Shown: one piece after another, positions 14,343 through 31,289 of the stretch
How positions within the stretch are numbered: the stretch's first letter is position 1
How the letters are laid out: the number at the start of each line of letters is the position of its first letter
Assembly: GCF_009914755.1 (NCBI RefSeq)
Contig: NC_060948.1
From: the human T2T-CHM13v2.0 reference genome, Homo sapiens
Strand: one strand, 5' to 3'
Length of the DNA: 64,000 bases
Notes under the pieces: model-generated
What the model saw: only the letters and a program-made list of their open reading frames with translations
The model's database searches: none
What the model was told of the DNA's origin: nothing
Made by a program: the position numbers and the translations under genes

Positions 14343-15538
14343 CTGATTACCTGGGGGAAAGGGAAGAATTTTGAAATTAGGTATGCATTAATTTTATGAA
14401 ATACTTGGCTAAGAACCATTTTTGAAACATACATGTAATTTGAAAGCCTAAAAAAGCAGTGATTTATAAACACAAAATTTAGCAAGCACATCAAAATAAA
14501 CCATAAGGTATGCATTTAACACCATGATGCTTCTGACATATAAAATATTAATGTCAGTACTAATGTCCTTGTTATATGATAATAGTTTTTTTTCTCTTGG
14601 TCCTAAAACAGTGAACCACCCTACCTTACAAATTTTGACAAACTAAAATCTCTTAAATATTTTATCTTAAGAATGAAATATTTTATCTTAAATGTTTATC
14701 GGAAGAGTAATACCTTTAAAAGACTCGAGGTTCCATCTGAACTTTCGATTTTTTATGCTTTTCACCTTTTTGTCTTCAACGGAGAAGAAAGATTACTTGG
14801 ATGTGCATTCTTGTTTCGAGAAGTAAAAATAAACCACAGAAGCCCTGTGTGTCCCCGCCCACAGTGTGTGTGCCAGTGAACTAATTTTTCATAATGGAAG
14901 TCATTCCTATCATCAATGGAAAACAAATAGATCATCTCAATGAAGGAAGCCATTAATTTCCCTCAAGTGTCCTGCGCTTTAGATTTGAATTAACCAGGAA
15001 TCCAGGGAACATTCTTATGTTACAGTAATTCAAGCAAGACTTAACAAGGTTGTTAAGTGGACAGAGTAATCCATCTGATAGGACAAGAATCAGAATACAG
15101 ATGTGAAGAAGAGAACCTGAGGAAAAAGGGGTGCAGCATACGCCCCTGGAAGCAAACTTGGACTGGCAGCCATCTCCACCTTTGGGTTCTTCTAGTACCA
15201 GCTAGCTGACACTGACAGCCTCTTCCTTAAACTCTGATTTCAAAGCAACATTCTGAAGCAAAGCACAGTCTACTTTTTTACAGCCTTATTTAAGGATCAG
15301 ATGAGAATGCACAAAAATTACCTTCAAAAACAACCATTTACTACCAAACTCCTAAGCTGCATATTCTACACAGCATTTCTCACTGCTTGTAAGACAAGAA
15401 GAGGACAGGGATTCCTTTTCGGGCACCTGCCACTCCTCTGAATTTGGACACTAATTGACTCCCTTCACTCACCTCAATGTAGTTACTAAAGGTGAACAAT
15501 GCAGCAACTTGTACAGAGAATTAAGTCATAATTATTAC

Positions 15539-15693
15539 CCTTTCTTGATCCAGTTTTTCTAGTTCCCTCTGTTCCCTTTCTAAAATGTAGGTTACTCTGC
15601 CTTTTTTTCTTCTCTCTGCCTTCATTCTTTCACTTGCTGTTTCCACATTTTTTTCTTCTTCCTTTTGTTCTTCAATTTCTTTCTGATCTAGAT
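15539..15693 (-). pseudogene. OFD1P: OFD1 pseudo-exon 20
   Basis: DQKEIEEQKEEEK...LEREQRELEKLDQER with tag acceptor and gtaat donor; matches the OFD1 C-terminal coiled coil. Confidence 0.9.
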
Positions 15694-18576
15694 CTAATAG
15701 AACAGAAAATAAAGAATTGCTGCCTGTATCACATTGTTCAAATGAATGCAGGACCATTCTGCAGGAGTCCTTGCCAAGATCCGGAGAGACTCTGCTGGGC
15801 TTTTGGTTGACATGTGACCTGCTTCAAGTTGCTCTTCCCTGTTCATTGACTTCAGGCCCCCAATCCCACTCCTTGCCACTGCATTCCACTTCACTTGGCT
15901 GAGATGAATACAAGTCACCCTCATCATGGCCGACTCCAACTGACATATCCTCCCTCCATGTCACAGGTTCTTGTCCTTTACACAGATCTCCTTTCTCTTC
16001 TTGAAAGCAAAGCCTACATTTCAACCTCTGCCTTTCATTATAATACCTCTCCTATCTGTATGACCCTGACTGAGCCACTGATCCCTATTTCTATACAGAT
16101 CAGTTTTATAATTCTTACTCCCATAAAGATGCTCAACTCTGTTCTACTCTGAAAAACAGAACAGACATCAAACCCCTGCACTCCCCCAGCCATTCTAGCC
16201 ATCTCACTGTTCATTTCCCACTTCCTCCAAATGGACAGCAGCCCTTCCTGGGGTTTTCACTATTATTCAGATAAGGATCCTTTCCATATCTTTTCCTCTA
16301 TTCCTGCTCTCTTCACCTACCCTTGCATCCACAGTTCTGATAGTTTTCTACTATACACATGTGAAATCCCCACAATACCAGCTTCATCATGGGTGTGATC
16401 ATTCTAGTTTTTTGTTTTGTTTTGTTTTTTTGTTTTTTGTTTTTTTTTTTTTTTGTCATGCTCTTTCCATCCTCCATCTGCCCAGCAACCAGCGCTGGCA
16501 CATTCATATTCCCTGTATTTCAGCTGCAACAGGGGTCTTCCACACCATCTCCCTGAAATACTTAAACAGCCCAGTCAGGACTCTCCTTGAAGTCAGTCTG
16601 TACCTTCTAGTAACTTGTGATCATTTCTACCAGGCATTTCCTGAGGCATTTCCTGTGTATCTGCTGTGCAGTGTCTCTGCTCTGGTAGAATTCAACACCA
16701 TGGTAGTATGGGCTCCAATAATCTGCCTTTATCTTTCCATATCGATTTCCTGTAACACCACCAGCTTTGTACTAGAAATATTTCATCTCTCTCAACCCAC
16801 TCACTGGGGCCTGGCCATGGCTGTGTCTTCCTTGCTTGTCATTTGCCTTTACTGTATCCTCAGCCTGTATTAATCCCATGCTGTCATAAAGCCTGATATG
16901 ACCTAACTGAAATGATAAAACCTAACTGAAATGTCATCTCCTCCTTATTTCTGAAGGGACAAGTAACCAAACCAGTCCAGCACCTTACTTGCACGATATC
17001 TTGCACCTGCTTCTTGAAAACCTACAGATACTTGTTTCGTCCACTTCTATTTTATCCAGGGAATGCCCATGTTTTAATAAATTGTCTCTTCCCTTTGCAT
17101 CTTGGCACAGATCTCTGCATCTCACATGTTTAATTACATCTCATGCTCAGAAACAATTTTACTGACCTTTCTCTTCAAGTTCTGACACGTAACTTATTTT
17201 TTTATAAAGCTAGCAATGCTAATAACAAGAAAAATTCATAGGCTTACAGGAGGATTCTGCACCCTTTTGCTCTTCCTTATTTTAAAGTCATCAGCAGGGA
17301 GTTAGTTAGTTTCACGAATAAGAGAGAAGCAACACAATTTTTTCTCTCATTACCACCCATCTCGTCTCAATACTTCTGATGAAATTAAAATACAAAAAGG
17401 GACAATTTCTGCAGACAGAAATGCAACTTCCTCCTTGTTTAAAGAAGAAACAAAAGTTACTCTAAAGTGAGATTGCTTTCTTATGTGGAATAGTATTCTC
17501 AAAATAGCAATGTTGTTTAAGCACATTTATATTGAGAAATAAATAGGAAGAACAAACTACTTTTCTACTCTGGTGTGTATTTTGCACCTGTATGGTGGAA
17601 TACAGAAATGTCTTTGGACACAAAGGCAAAGAAATAAAGTATGTTTATTGGGTACCTCATAGCAGAGACAACAAATTTCAGCCTTTTCCATATCATCTGT
17701 GCCCATGCAGAGGTGAAATGATGAATATAAAAATTTCTCAATAACAACTATGTTACTCGCTATGCTGCTTAAAAATTTTAAGGCAAATATTATAATGTAC
17801 ATTCTCTCTGAGAGGTAGAACACCTTGTTACTCAGTTGATTTCGTTTATTCTATCATGTTATTTTTATTCCCTTGCTTAGGCCTGTGAAAAATGGCTGCC
17901 TGTCAGAAACTCCCTCTTGTGGCCATGTCACCTATGCATCAGCTGCAACCGGTTTCTTCTGCAGTCCTGGGTAATGGCTTGCTGACCATCTGCCTCAATG
18001 TCTAGAAATCAGGAAGACAAAGGCTTGGTTTGGTTCACTGTTGTATGTTCAGCCCCAAGGAAAGTGCCCAGCAGACAGAGGCTCTAGATCAAGTCTCACT
18101 GAGTGCTTTCCAAAGCAGATTTACTCGGGAATCAGCAAAACACAATTTCTCAAAATCCCTTGCCTATTTAAGTAATTCTATGTGTTCCTCAGTGCCATGA
18201 ATACACCCAAAAAACTGCTAACCAGACGTTTTGGTAATGTTTTGAAGAAGATGTATTTTCAATATTTGTGGGGAACAAAGAGGTGGCTTAACTTGAGAAA
18301 TTATCTTTCATATTTGAGGATTAAACACTTTGATCCCAAAAGAAAGGATCCTGGATGTTTGCTCAGCCCTAGAACAAAAGTGCAAAGCTCCAACATCTCT
18401 CTTCCCATCTCCCTCCATCTCCAGCAAGGAAAGTTGGTAATCTTAAAGAAGGCTGGAATAAGAAAGTGGGACAGACAAGAGAAGTCTGATGGCCAGTTTT
18501 TGTATAGTGCTAAGTTAAACCAGTGTTACAGCTTTTCCAAAAATTGAAATACGAAATCTATTTCCCCAATTCCTTA

Positions 18577-22030
<3,454 letters not shown>

Positions 22031-22327
22031 AAGAAATACATTCTCTAAAATCACTCATTTTAAATCTGATAAATTAATGATGTATTTATGAGCTTAGCTC
22101 AAACTCTGAAATTTGTCATGCTGAGATTTTTAAAAGTAAACAGACACAACCATAAAAAGTTTCATGATAGGAAAATGAGGTGATGCAGCTGTACTTGTAG
22201 TTTTATCACAGAATAAAAATGTTCCAATTTGTAGCTGCTTTTTTTTAATACCAATAGATATGTTTCACCAAAACTAATTTTTCTACAACTTCAACTTATA
22301 AAAACTGATACTTATGTTGAAACTTAC

Positions 22328-22428
22328 CTTTAAAAGGTGAGTCAAATTAGTCATTGTCCTTAAAATTTAGCTTGTTGACAACTGAAAATTCACTTTTGTC
22401 TTGAAGTTCCCTCTGTCTGTGGTAAAGG
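22328..22428 (-). pseudogene. OFD1P: OFD1 pseudo-exon 18 (101 bp)
   Basis: tctag| ...[26 protein letters not shown] |gtaagt versus OFD1 [27 protein letters not shown]. Confidence 0.9.
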
Positions 22429-22884
22429 CTAGATTGGAAAAATAAAATTCATGAATATGAAGTTCTAATAATGGAAAACCCAAGAGCATCAGGTGGCAAA
22501 AATCCTTCTGTTACTCAAGAAAATGCTCTGAAAAATTTCTTTTCTCTTTTTTTTGTAAAGATTACTCCACCTCACCACCATCATGAGGCACTGTTCTCAG
22601 CAATTAATACCTGCTTACTCAGTTACTCACTGTAACTATGTTATACTGTGAAGTGGGTACTACAGTTGTTAAGGAAGAATAATGTTGGACTCTGAATGCT
22701 ACTCCTAGGAGTTTACTTTTTCAATAATGATAAAACATTTCCAAAACAATTTCTGCATATAATCAGCATGAGCCAGATGAGGAGGCATTAGCAAAAAATT
22801 GAGTGAACAGAGTGCCCTACTTAGCATATGTGTGTGTCTTATCCTTCCTTTTCGCTTATCACAAGTACAAAAAAAAAAATAACC

Positions 22885-23020
22885 TGGCCATGTGTGGTGG
22901 ATCATGCCTGTAATCCTAGCACTTTAGAAGGCTGAGGCTTGCAGATTACTTGGTCAGGAGCTTGAGACCATCCTGGCCAACATGGTGAAAACCCGTCTCT
23001 ACTAAAAATATAAAAATTAG
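22885..23020 (+). mobile_element. Alu left arm (right arm at 35095-35253)
   Basis: Alu 5' end through the A-rich linker ctactaaaaatataaaaattag, then directly the L1 5' UTR. Confidence 0.9.
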
Positions 23021-26000
23021 GTGGAGCCAAGATGGCCAAATAGGAACAGTTCCAGTCTACAGCTCCCAGCAAGAGCGATGCAGAAGATGGCTGATTTCTG
23101 CATTTCCAACTGAGGTACCGGGTTCATCTCACTGTGGAGTGTTGGAAGGTGGGTGCAGGACAGTGGATGCAGCATAGTGAGCATGACCCAAAGCAGGGTG
23201 TGGCATCACCTCACCTGGGAAGTGCAAAGGGTCAGGGAATTCCCTCCCTAGTCAAAGAAAGGGGTGACAGATGGCACCTGGAAAATCAGGTCACTCCCAC
23301 CCTAATACTGCACTTTTCCAATGGTCTTAGCAAATGGCATACCAGAAGATTATATCCTGTGCCTGGCTCAGAGGGTCTTATGCCCAAGGAGCCTCACTCA
23401 TTGCTAGCACAGCAGTCTGAGATTAAACTCCAAGGGGGCAGCGAGGCTGGGGAAGGGACACCCATGATTGCTGAGGCTTGAGTAGGTAAATAAAGAGGCT
23501 GGGAACCTCGAACTGGGTGGAGCCCACCGCAACTCAAGGAGGCCTGCTTGCCTGTGTAGACTCCATCTCTGTGGGCAAGGCATAACCAAACAAAAGGCAG
23601 CAGAAATCTCTGCTGACTTAAATGTCCCTATCTGACAGCTTGAAGAGAGTAGTGGTTCTCCCAGCATGCAGCTGGAGATCTGAGAATGGAAAGACTGCAT
23701 CTTCAAGTGGGTCCCTGACCCCCAAGTAGCCTAACTGGGCGACATCCCCCACTGGGGGCTGACTGACACCTCATACAGCAGGGTACTCCTCTGAAACAAA
23801 ACTTCCAGAGGAACGATCAGGCAGCAATATTTGCTCTTCACCAATATCCGCTGTTCTGCAGCCTCTGCTGCTGATATTCAGGCCAACAGGGTCTGGAGTG
23901 GTCATCCAGCAAATTCCAACTGACCTGCAGCTGAGGGTCCTGACTGTTAGAAGGGAAACTAACAAACAGAAAGGACATCCACACCAAAACCCCATCTGTA
24001 TGTCACCATCATCAAAGACCAAAGGTAGACAAAACCACAAAGATGGGGGAAAAAACAGAGCAGAAAAACTGGAAACTCTAAAAATCAGAGCACCTCTCCT
24101 CCTCCAAAGGAATGCAGCTCCTCACCAGCAATGGAACAAAGCTGAATGGAGAATGACTTTGGCCAATTGAGACAAGAAGTCTTCAGACAATCAAACTACT
24201 CCAAGCTAAATGAGAAAGTTCAAACCCATGGCAAAGAAGTTAAAATCCTTAACAAAAAAATTAGACGAATGGCTAACTAGAATAACCAATGCAGAGAAGT
24301 CCTTCAAGGACCTGATGGAACTGAAAACCAAGGCAAGAGAACTATGTGATGAATGCACAAGCCTCAGTAGCAGATCAGTTGGAATTTGCTGGATGACCAC
24401 TGCTGTATGAGATACAGCTACTACTGGATCTGCACTGAATCTGCTACTGGATCAACTGGAAGAAAGGGTCTCAGTGATGGAAGATGAAATGAATGAAGTG
24501 GAGAAGAGAAGTTTAGAGAAAAAGGAATAAAAAGAAACAAAGAAAGCCTCCAAGAAATATGGGAATATGTGAAAAGACCAAATCTACATCTGATTTGTGT
24601 ACCTGAAAGTGACGGGGAGAATGGAACCAAGTTGGAAAACACTCTGCAGGATATTATCCAGGAGAACTTCCCCAATCTAGCAAGGCAGGCCAATATTCAA
24701 ATTCAGGAAATACAGAGAACACCACAAAGATACTCCTCAAGAAGAGCAACTCCAAGACACATAATTGGCAGATTCACCAAAGTTGAAAACAAGGAAAAAA
24801 TGTTAAGGACAGTCAGAGAGAAAGGTTGGGTTACCCACAAAGGGAAGCCCAACACACTAACAGCTGATCTCTCAGCATAAACTCTACAAGCCAGAAGAGA
24901 GTGGGGGCCAATATTCAACATTCTTAAAGAAATGAATTTTCAACCCAGAATTTCATATCCAGCCAAACGAAGCTTCATAAGTGAAGGAGAAATAAAATCC
25001 TTTACAAAGAAGCAAATGCTGAGAGATTTTGTCACCACCAGGCCTGCCCCAAAACAGCTCTTGAAGGAAGCACTAAACATGGAAAGGAACAACCAGTACC
25101 AGCCACTGCAAAAACATACCAAATTGTAAAGACCATTGAGGCTAGAAAGAAACTGCATCAACTAACAAGAAAAATAATCAGCTAATATCATAATGAAAGG
25201 ATCAAATTCACACAAAACAAAACAAAAGCCAAAATGGACAAATGGGATCTAAAGAAACTAAAGAGCTTCTGCACAGCAAAAGAAACTACCATCAGAGTGA
25301 GCAGGCAACCTACAGAATGGGAGAAAATTTTTGCAATCTACTTATCTGACAAAGGGCTAATATCCAGAAGCCACAATGAACTCCAACAAATTTACAAGGA
25401 AAAAAAAAAAAAAAAACCCATCAAAAAGTGGACTAAGGATATGAAGAGACACTTCTTAAAAGAAGACATTTATGCAGCCAAAAGACACATGAAAAAATGC
25501 TCATCATCACTAGCCATCAGAGAAATGTAAATCAAAACCTCAATGAGATACCATCTCACACTAGTTAGAATGGCAATCATTAAAAATCAGGAAACAACAG
25601 ATGCTGGAGAGGATGTGGAGAAATAGGAACACTTTTACACTGTTGGTGGGACTGTGAACTAGTTCAACCATTGTGAATGTCAGTGTGGCAAGTCCTCAGG
25701 GATCTAGAACTAGAAATACCATTTGACCCAGCCATCCCTATTACTGGGTATATACACAAAAGATTACAAAACATGCTGTTATAAAGACACATGCACACGT
25801 ATGTTTATTGTGGCACTGTTCACAATAGCAAAGACTTGGAACCAACCCAAGTGTCCAACAGTGATAGACTAGATCAAGAAAATGTAGCACATATACAACA
25901 TGGAATACTATGCAGCCATAAAAAAATGTTGAATTCATGTCCTTTGTGGGGACATGCATGAAGCTGGAAACCATCATTCTCAGCAAACTATCACAAGGAG

Positions 26001-26090
26001 AAATACCCAAACACCACATATTCTCACTCATAGGTGGGAACTGAACGATGAGAACACAGGGACACAGGAAGAGGAAAATGACACACATTA
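23021..26090 (+). mobile_element. L1PA copy A: 5' UTR and ORF1, ~3-kb ORF2 deletion, ORF2 end, truncated 3' UTR
   Basis: Starts gtggagccaagatggcc; ORF1 peptides (KRPNLHLICVPESDGENGTKLENTLQDIIQENFPNL); ORF2 start (ggatcaaattcacac) joined via aacaa to KAKMDKWDL at ~25215; no poly-A. Confidence 0.95.
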
Positions 26091-26769
26091 AGAAATACAC
26101 CTCCCTAGCTACAAGTTTCATTTGAATAACTTGATTTCCATAAATAATGCCAATGCACTTACACCAGTTAAAATGTACCAATATCTGGATCTCTGACTCA
26201 TTGAAAAATTACTGAGCCAAGTAAAAACTCCAACAAATATATTTCTCTACATACAATTTAGCCCGGAATAACTTGAATTCTATCAATAATGCCAGCCCAC
26301 ATACACCACTTAAAGTCTGCTAATGTCTAGATTTCACATTGTCTGCCTGGTCCCAAGAATGTGCCTAACTAGCATAGCTTTTCCTTCATATATTAAATAA
26401 CTTTTTTTTTTTTTTGTATTGAGCAGCAATCTTTTAATCTCAGGGAGAAAGCAAAGTCTGTCTCTGTAGGGGTTTTGCTTTGTGGATTACTCTCTAGCAT
26501 TAAGAAGAGAACCTGTACGTCAGGTGCTTATTTGTTTGGATTCTTTTAAAACAAGAAAGAGCATAAATATATTGAATCCTGGATGTCTACTTTAAAATCA
26601 TCTATCAAATATCTTTCTTAAACAGTAGAGAGTACTTGACGGTTATTTCTGTTTAACAGCTTCTGCAAAAGAAGAATTATCTAGCCCCAACTATAATTCT
26701 TGAAAACCTGGTATTTGCTTGGCTTCTTTATTACAAGATTCTAGCAACTTTTGTATCATAAGACACATT

Positions 26770-27589
26770 CATTTTCTTAATCCAGTCTATCATTGTTGGA
26801 CATTTGGGTTGGTTCCAAGTCTTTGCTATTGTGAATAATGCCGCAATAAACATACGTGTACATGTGTCTTTATAGCAGCATGATTTATAGTCCTTTGGGT
26901 ATATACCCAGTAATGGGATGGCTGGGTCAAATGGTATTTCCAGTTCTAGATCCCTGAGGAATCGCCACACTGACTTCCACAATGGTTGAACTAGTTTACA
27001 GTCCCACCAACAGTGTAAAAGTGTTCCTATTTCTCCACATCCTTTCCAGCACCTGTTGTTTCCTGACTTTTTAATGATTGTCATTCTAACTGGTGTGAGA
27101 TGGTATCTCATTGTGGTTTAGATTTGCATTTCTCTGATGGCCAGTGATGATGAGCATTTTTTCATGTGTTTTTTGGCTGCATATGGCACATATACACCAT
27201 GGAATACTATGCAGCCATAAAAAATGATGAGTTCATGTCCTTTGTAGGGACATGGATGAAATTGGAAATCATCATTCTCAGTAAACTATCACAAGAACAA
27301 AAAACCAAACACTGCATATTCTCACTCATAGGTGGGAATTGAACAATGAGATCACATGGACACACGAAGGGGAATATCACACTCTGGGGGCTGTTGAGGG
27401 GTGGGGCGAGTGGGGAGGGATAGCATTGGGAGATATACCTAACGCTAGATGACGAGTTAGTGGGTGCAGCGCACCAGCATGGCACATGTATACGTATGTA
27501 ACTAACCTGCACAATGTGCACATGTACCCTAAAACTTAAAGTATAATAATAAAAAAAGAAAAATGTTCACACACACACACACACACAAA
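26770..27589 (+). mobile_element. Young 5'-inverted L1 (L1PA2-like) with 12-bp TSD
   Basis: Inverted piece ~26770-27181 (minus), direct 3' UTR 27182-27563; TSD aagacacattca at 26760-26771 and 27590-27601; GAG at the ACA/ACG/GAG diagnostic site (gatgacgagttag). Confidence 0.92.
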
Positions 27590-29676
27590 AAGACACATTC
27601 AGTATCTGTCTTATAAAAACGTTATGCATAATGTGTATGCATAATGTGGTGTGCCAATATACATATGTTGATGTGTATTGTGTATGCCTTCCAGCTGTAG
27701 TGAAATTTAGCTCTTCACCAATCATCAGTGACTGAATTTTCTTTCTTGGGACCCCAGAAACTTAGACTGTCTACAGTTTCATTTGCTATATTAGCGTTGC
27801 ACAGAAATTATTAAAATGTAATGAGAAAGAAAAGGGGAGAAATATAAACTCTATGGTTTAGCTTCTAATCATAAATCAACATAATTGACTTCACCCCATT
27901 TATCTCAACTTGAACAACCAAATTTTTCAAAAGCTTCTTAACATCTCTGATTTATAAAAAACACAGATTGGGTTAAGAAACCTTGAAAATATAATATCAG
28001 AAAGTTCTACATGTACGCCTTTCTTTACAATTTTCAGAAGATATAGTCCAACGCTATCAATTTTTTATAGGCACCTGAGACTCTAGATATTAAAATACTT
28101 AGATTTTAGAATATTTATCTTCATTTCTAGCATCTAACCACTAGATGCTAAAAGCAACCTTAAGAATTCCACTCCCAGTCATGAATCAGGCTTAGAGTAA
28201 AATCTATTGATCTATAGAAAACCCTAGAAAATCACAAGGAATGTGTGTCAGCTCCATGAGCTCATCAATAATTGTTCCCCTTCCACACTATGCTTCAGCC
28301 ACGGTGATCTTGCCATTTTTCCTAACACGATAAGCAGGCTTATGCCAGGAGTCTTTACACTTTTTGATCCTACTGCATAATTACAGGCTTATTCTCTTGT
28401 TCTTTCATTTAGGTATTGACAGTCTCCATGTAAGCAAATTATTTTATAAGTTTTTTATATACAACCAAAACGTACTTGGTAATATAGAATCCTGCCTAAT
28501 GTATTTTATATGGAATTGATAACCTCACTTAAGAACAAAGCAAAAGCAAAACAAAGCCGGCTTTATACTATTACCACCTAATATTCAGGAATCCAAATTA
28601 GTAGATTGACTTATTTTACTCAACGTTAGTAACAGGTAAAATTATAAATCTTCTAAATATAAATAAACTCATGTGAAAATACAATTATCGCTTCATAAAT
28701 AACAAGTAATTAAAAAAATTGTCTAGACCTTGGAAACCAATAATTATTTATATCAACCAATCAAAGAGTTAATCAAGAAAGACAAGTTGAAACCGCTGGG
28801 AAATTTTTTGCGGTCTTTGCATTCAACCATCCAGGCACAGATGACGTTTCAAAAGTTAAATTCCACATTCGCAAAGTGAGGCTGGGATTTCTGATCTAGA
28901 AAGGTGTGAAGAATAATGTCTGTGCTAATTTATTGAGTTTGTTCTACCCTTTAGGGGTTACATAAATTATTGATGAGGCACACTTATCTCTGTTTTGTCT
29001 GATGCAGAACTGATTTATAGTTAAAAATGTTAAGCACAGGTAACTAACATTTAAGTCCTGGGAGCAAAGGATACCGTTGATGTATAAAATAGACAACGTG
29101 TAAAATAAAGTAAAAGATGAATAGATCTTTATTTCAAAAAAAATCTTGACTTTCAAAAGTATTAAAATAACCTGAGGTATTTAAAAACTTAGTTACATAA
29201 ACATAACAGAAGATATTTTCAAAAATGCGCAAAACTCTAAGCATTAATTCAGAAAATTAGCTATAATTTTAATGTGAGAAGAAAGTGAAGGCTAACGCAG
29301 AATTTTAAGCTATCTCCCTACATGATAAAGGGGAGTGTTAATACAGACCCAATTTTAAAAATTGATATTTTTATATTACACTCTGTCAAAACGCTGTTGG
29401 AATTCCAGCTAAGCCTTAAACAACAAAGGGCACATCTTGAATAAATAAAGAATACCTGACTATCAGAGTTAACATGTTATAATATTTTAAATATAGCATT
29501 CTAAAAAATAAAAGCACAAAAAATCCCACAAATTTATGGCTAATGTGAAGTAAAAACACAAACTGAAACTGTCCTAAACTTTTTAGACAAAAACTTTAAA
29601 CCTGCAGTTTTAAGTATGAACAAATAAAAAATGACAGATGAAAGATAAAAGATCAACATGGGAATATCAGTGAGAT

Positions 29677-30641
29677 TGGAACAGGAATTAAAAGAAATTA
29701 AAGAATGTGTAAGCAGAAACTCAGTTGTATGTAAGAAAACCAATCACCCCTTATTCAGCCTGTGACCCAGGAAATAATCAGCTATATGTATGTTATGACC
29801 CTAAGTGCTTACCCTGTGAATTCTGGTTTGAGGTACATATTAAATCAGAGGGAGAAAAAGAAGGAGAGTTTATAGGTCAACATGAAGAAGCCCCTCCCTC
29901 CTATAAAGGGCCTATTCTCTTGTACTTTGATGCCTGCCAGGCTGGGGATGATCATAATCTTAAAACAAAACAAAACAAAACAGAAACAGAAGCAGTCCGC
30001 GGTGGTTTGACACAAGAAAGGTTTAACAGCAGCAGTCTCAAATATCTAGATGGAGACCACAAATCGGATACCCAGACTGTAACATTCAGTGATCTATACT
30101 AACACAGCTCCTTAAAGCCAGAGCTACCTTTTTGGTCTAAAGGATGCACAGCACTATTACAAGTTGATAGACAAGGAGCTGGCTCTGGAATTCTGCTACT
30201 AACTGTCAAAAAGGCTAGAAGTAAGCATTTTGATCAGTCAATGCCTGAGCTTTCCCCATCAACCAAAAATGTGTTTGTTCAACTAGCTGAAAACATAGCT
30301 GGCGGCTGAGGAATTTCCTCATGCTATGTAAGTGTAGGAACTAATACGGGGGACCAGTGGCCATGGGGGGGCAAAGGAATTAATGCCACAAGATAACTTC
30401 ACTTCGCCAAACCCTACCAATAAAGCCAGCAGTCTCAGCCAGTGTTTGCTTGTTGCAAATCTCCATAATTGGAAAGTCTTGTATTGCCTGATGGGAAAAG
30501 GCAGAATGCTTAAAAGGTAACTTAACTCTTTGTTCAGGGCTCAGTCCTTCAGAGGTTAATCTGAGTGGGCCGGTGCATCTACATAATAAGTATCCTCCTC
30601 AACCCCATCGGTCCCTCTGACTCCTTAAAAAAGTCCTTCCA
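29677..30641 (+). mobile_element. Collapsed class I ERV: LTR 5' end, env SU fragments, LTR 3' end (LTR15/HERV15-like)
   Basis: LTR-start-like aacaggaattaaaagaaattaaagaatgtgtaagc; env YSACDPGNNQLYVCYDP and TKNVFVQLAENIAG...GTNTGDQWPWG; LTR R/U5 ctctttgttcagggctcagtcc...ggtgca. Confidence 0.8.
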
Positions 30642-31289
30642 GAAGACAAATTAAAAAAGAAAACCTGAAAAATCTAGAGATAAGAAGCACAATTACTTGG
30701 ATTAAAAAAAAACTATTAAATAACTTTAACAACAGATTGAGCTTCAGTAAATCTGAAGACATAAAAATTGAAACAGCCTAAAATGAGAGCAAATATCTTT
30801 GTGTCTTGTCAATGAAAATACTTTAAAATTTCCTATTCTGGAGTGTTCTGAAGAAGAAATAAGAAACCACTTGAAAAGAAAGGTTGGTGGAAATTTTACA
30901 GAAGTGCTGATTTTTCACCAACTGTTTCCTGTTCTACTTTCCAGCCCCTTTGTATCTCCATCTTATAAATTGGGCAAATAATATTTTTCTTTCAGAATAG
31001 TGTTAAAAACTCAGGTGAAATGGCTATTGAAGAGCTAATACTGGAAGACCAGGTTAGAGTAAGAAAAGAGTTATTGGTCCTTCAAACTTCAGAGGGATAT
31101 GACACATGTACTGTAAAACAGGAGCTAATCTTATTCTAAAGAGTTCTTAGCTTTGGCACTAACACTATTGCTCATGGCCTTATAAATGTTTGTTATCAAA
31201 TCTATCTAATTAAACCCTGTATGTGGTGTCTTTGAGTAATCATCTTGATTTTTTTCTTGACCTATTTTCTCTTAAAAGGTTTTTTTTAA

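Noticed and set aside
14715-14800. Purine-rich minus-strand segment as the missing OFD1 exon 21
   Set aside because: Translation (VEDKKVKSIKNRKFRWNLESFK) does not match the recalled exon 21 peptide and there is no AG acceptor.
16361-16873. 170-aa hydrophobic ORF
   Set aside because: Arises from a T-rich simple repeat and probable old L2/intronic sequence; no recognisable domain.
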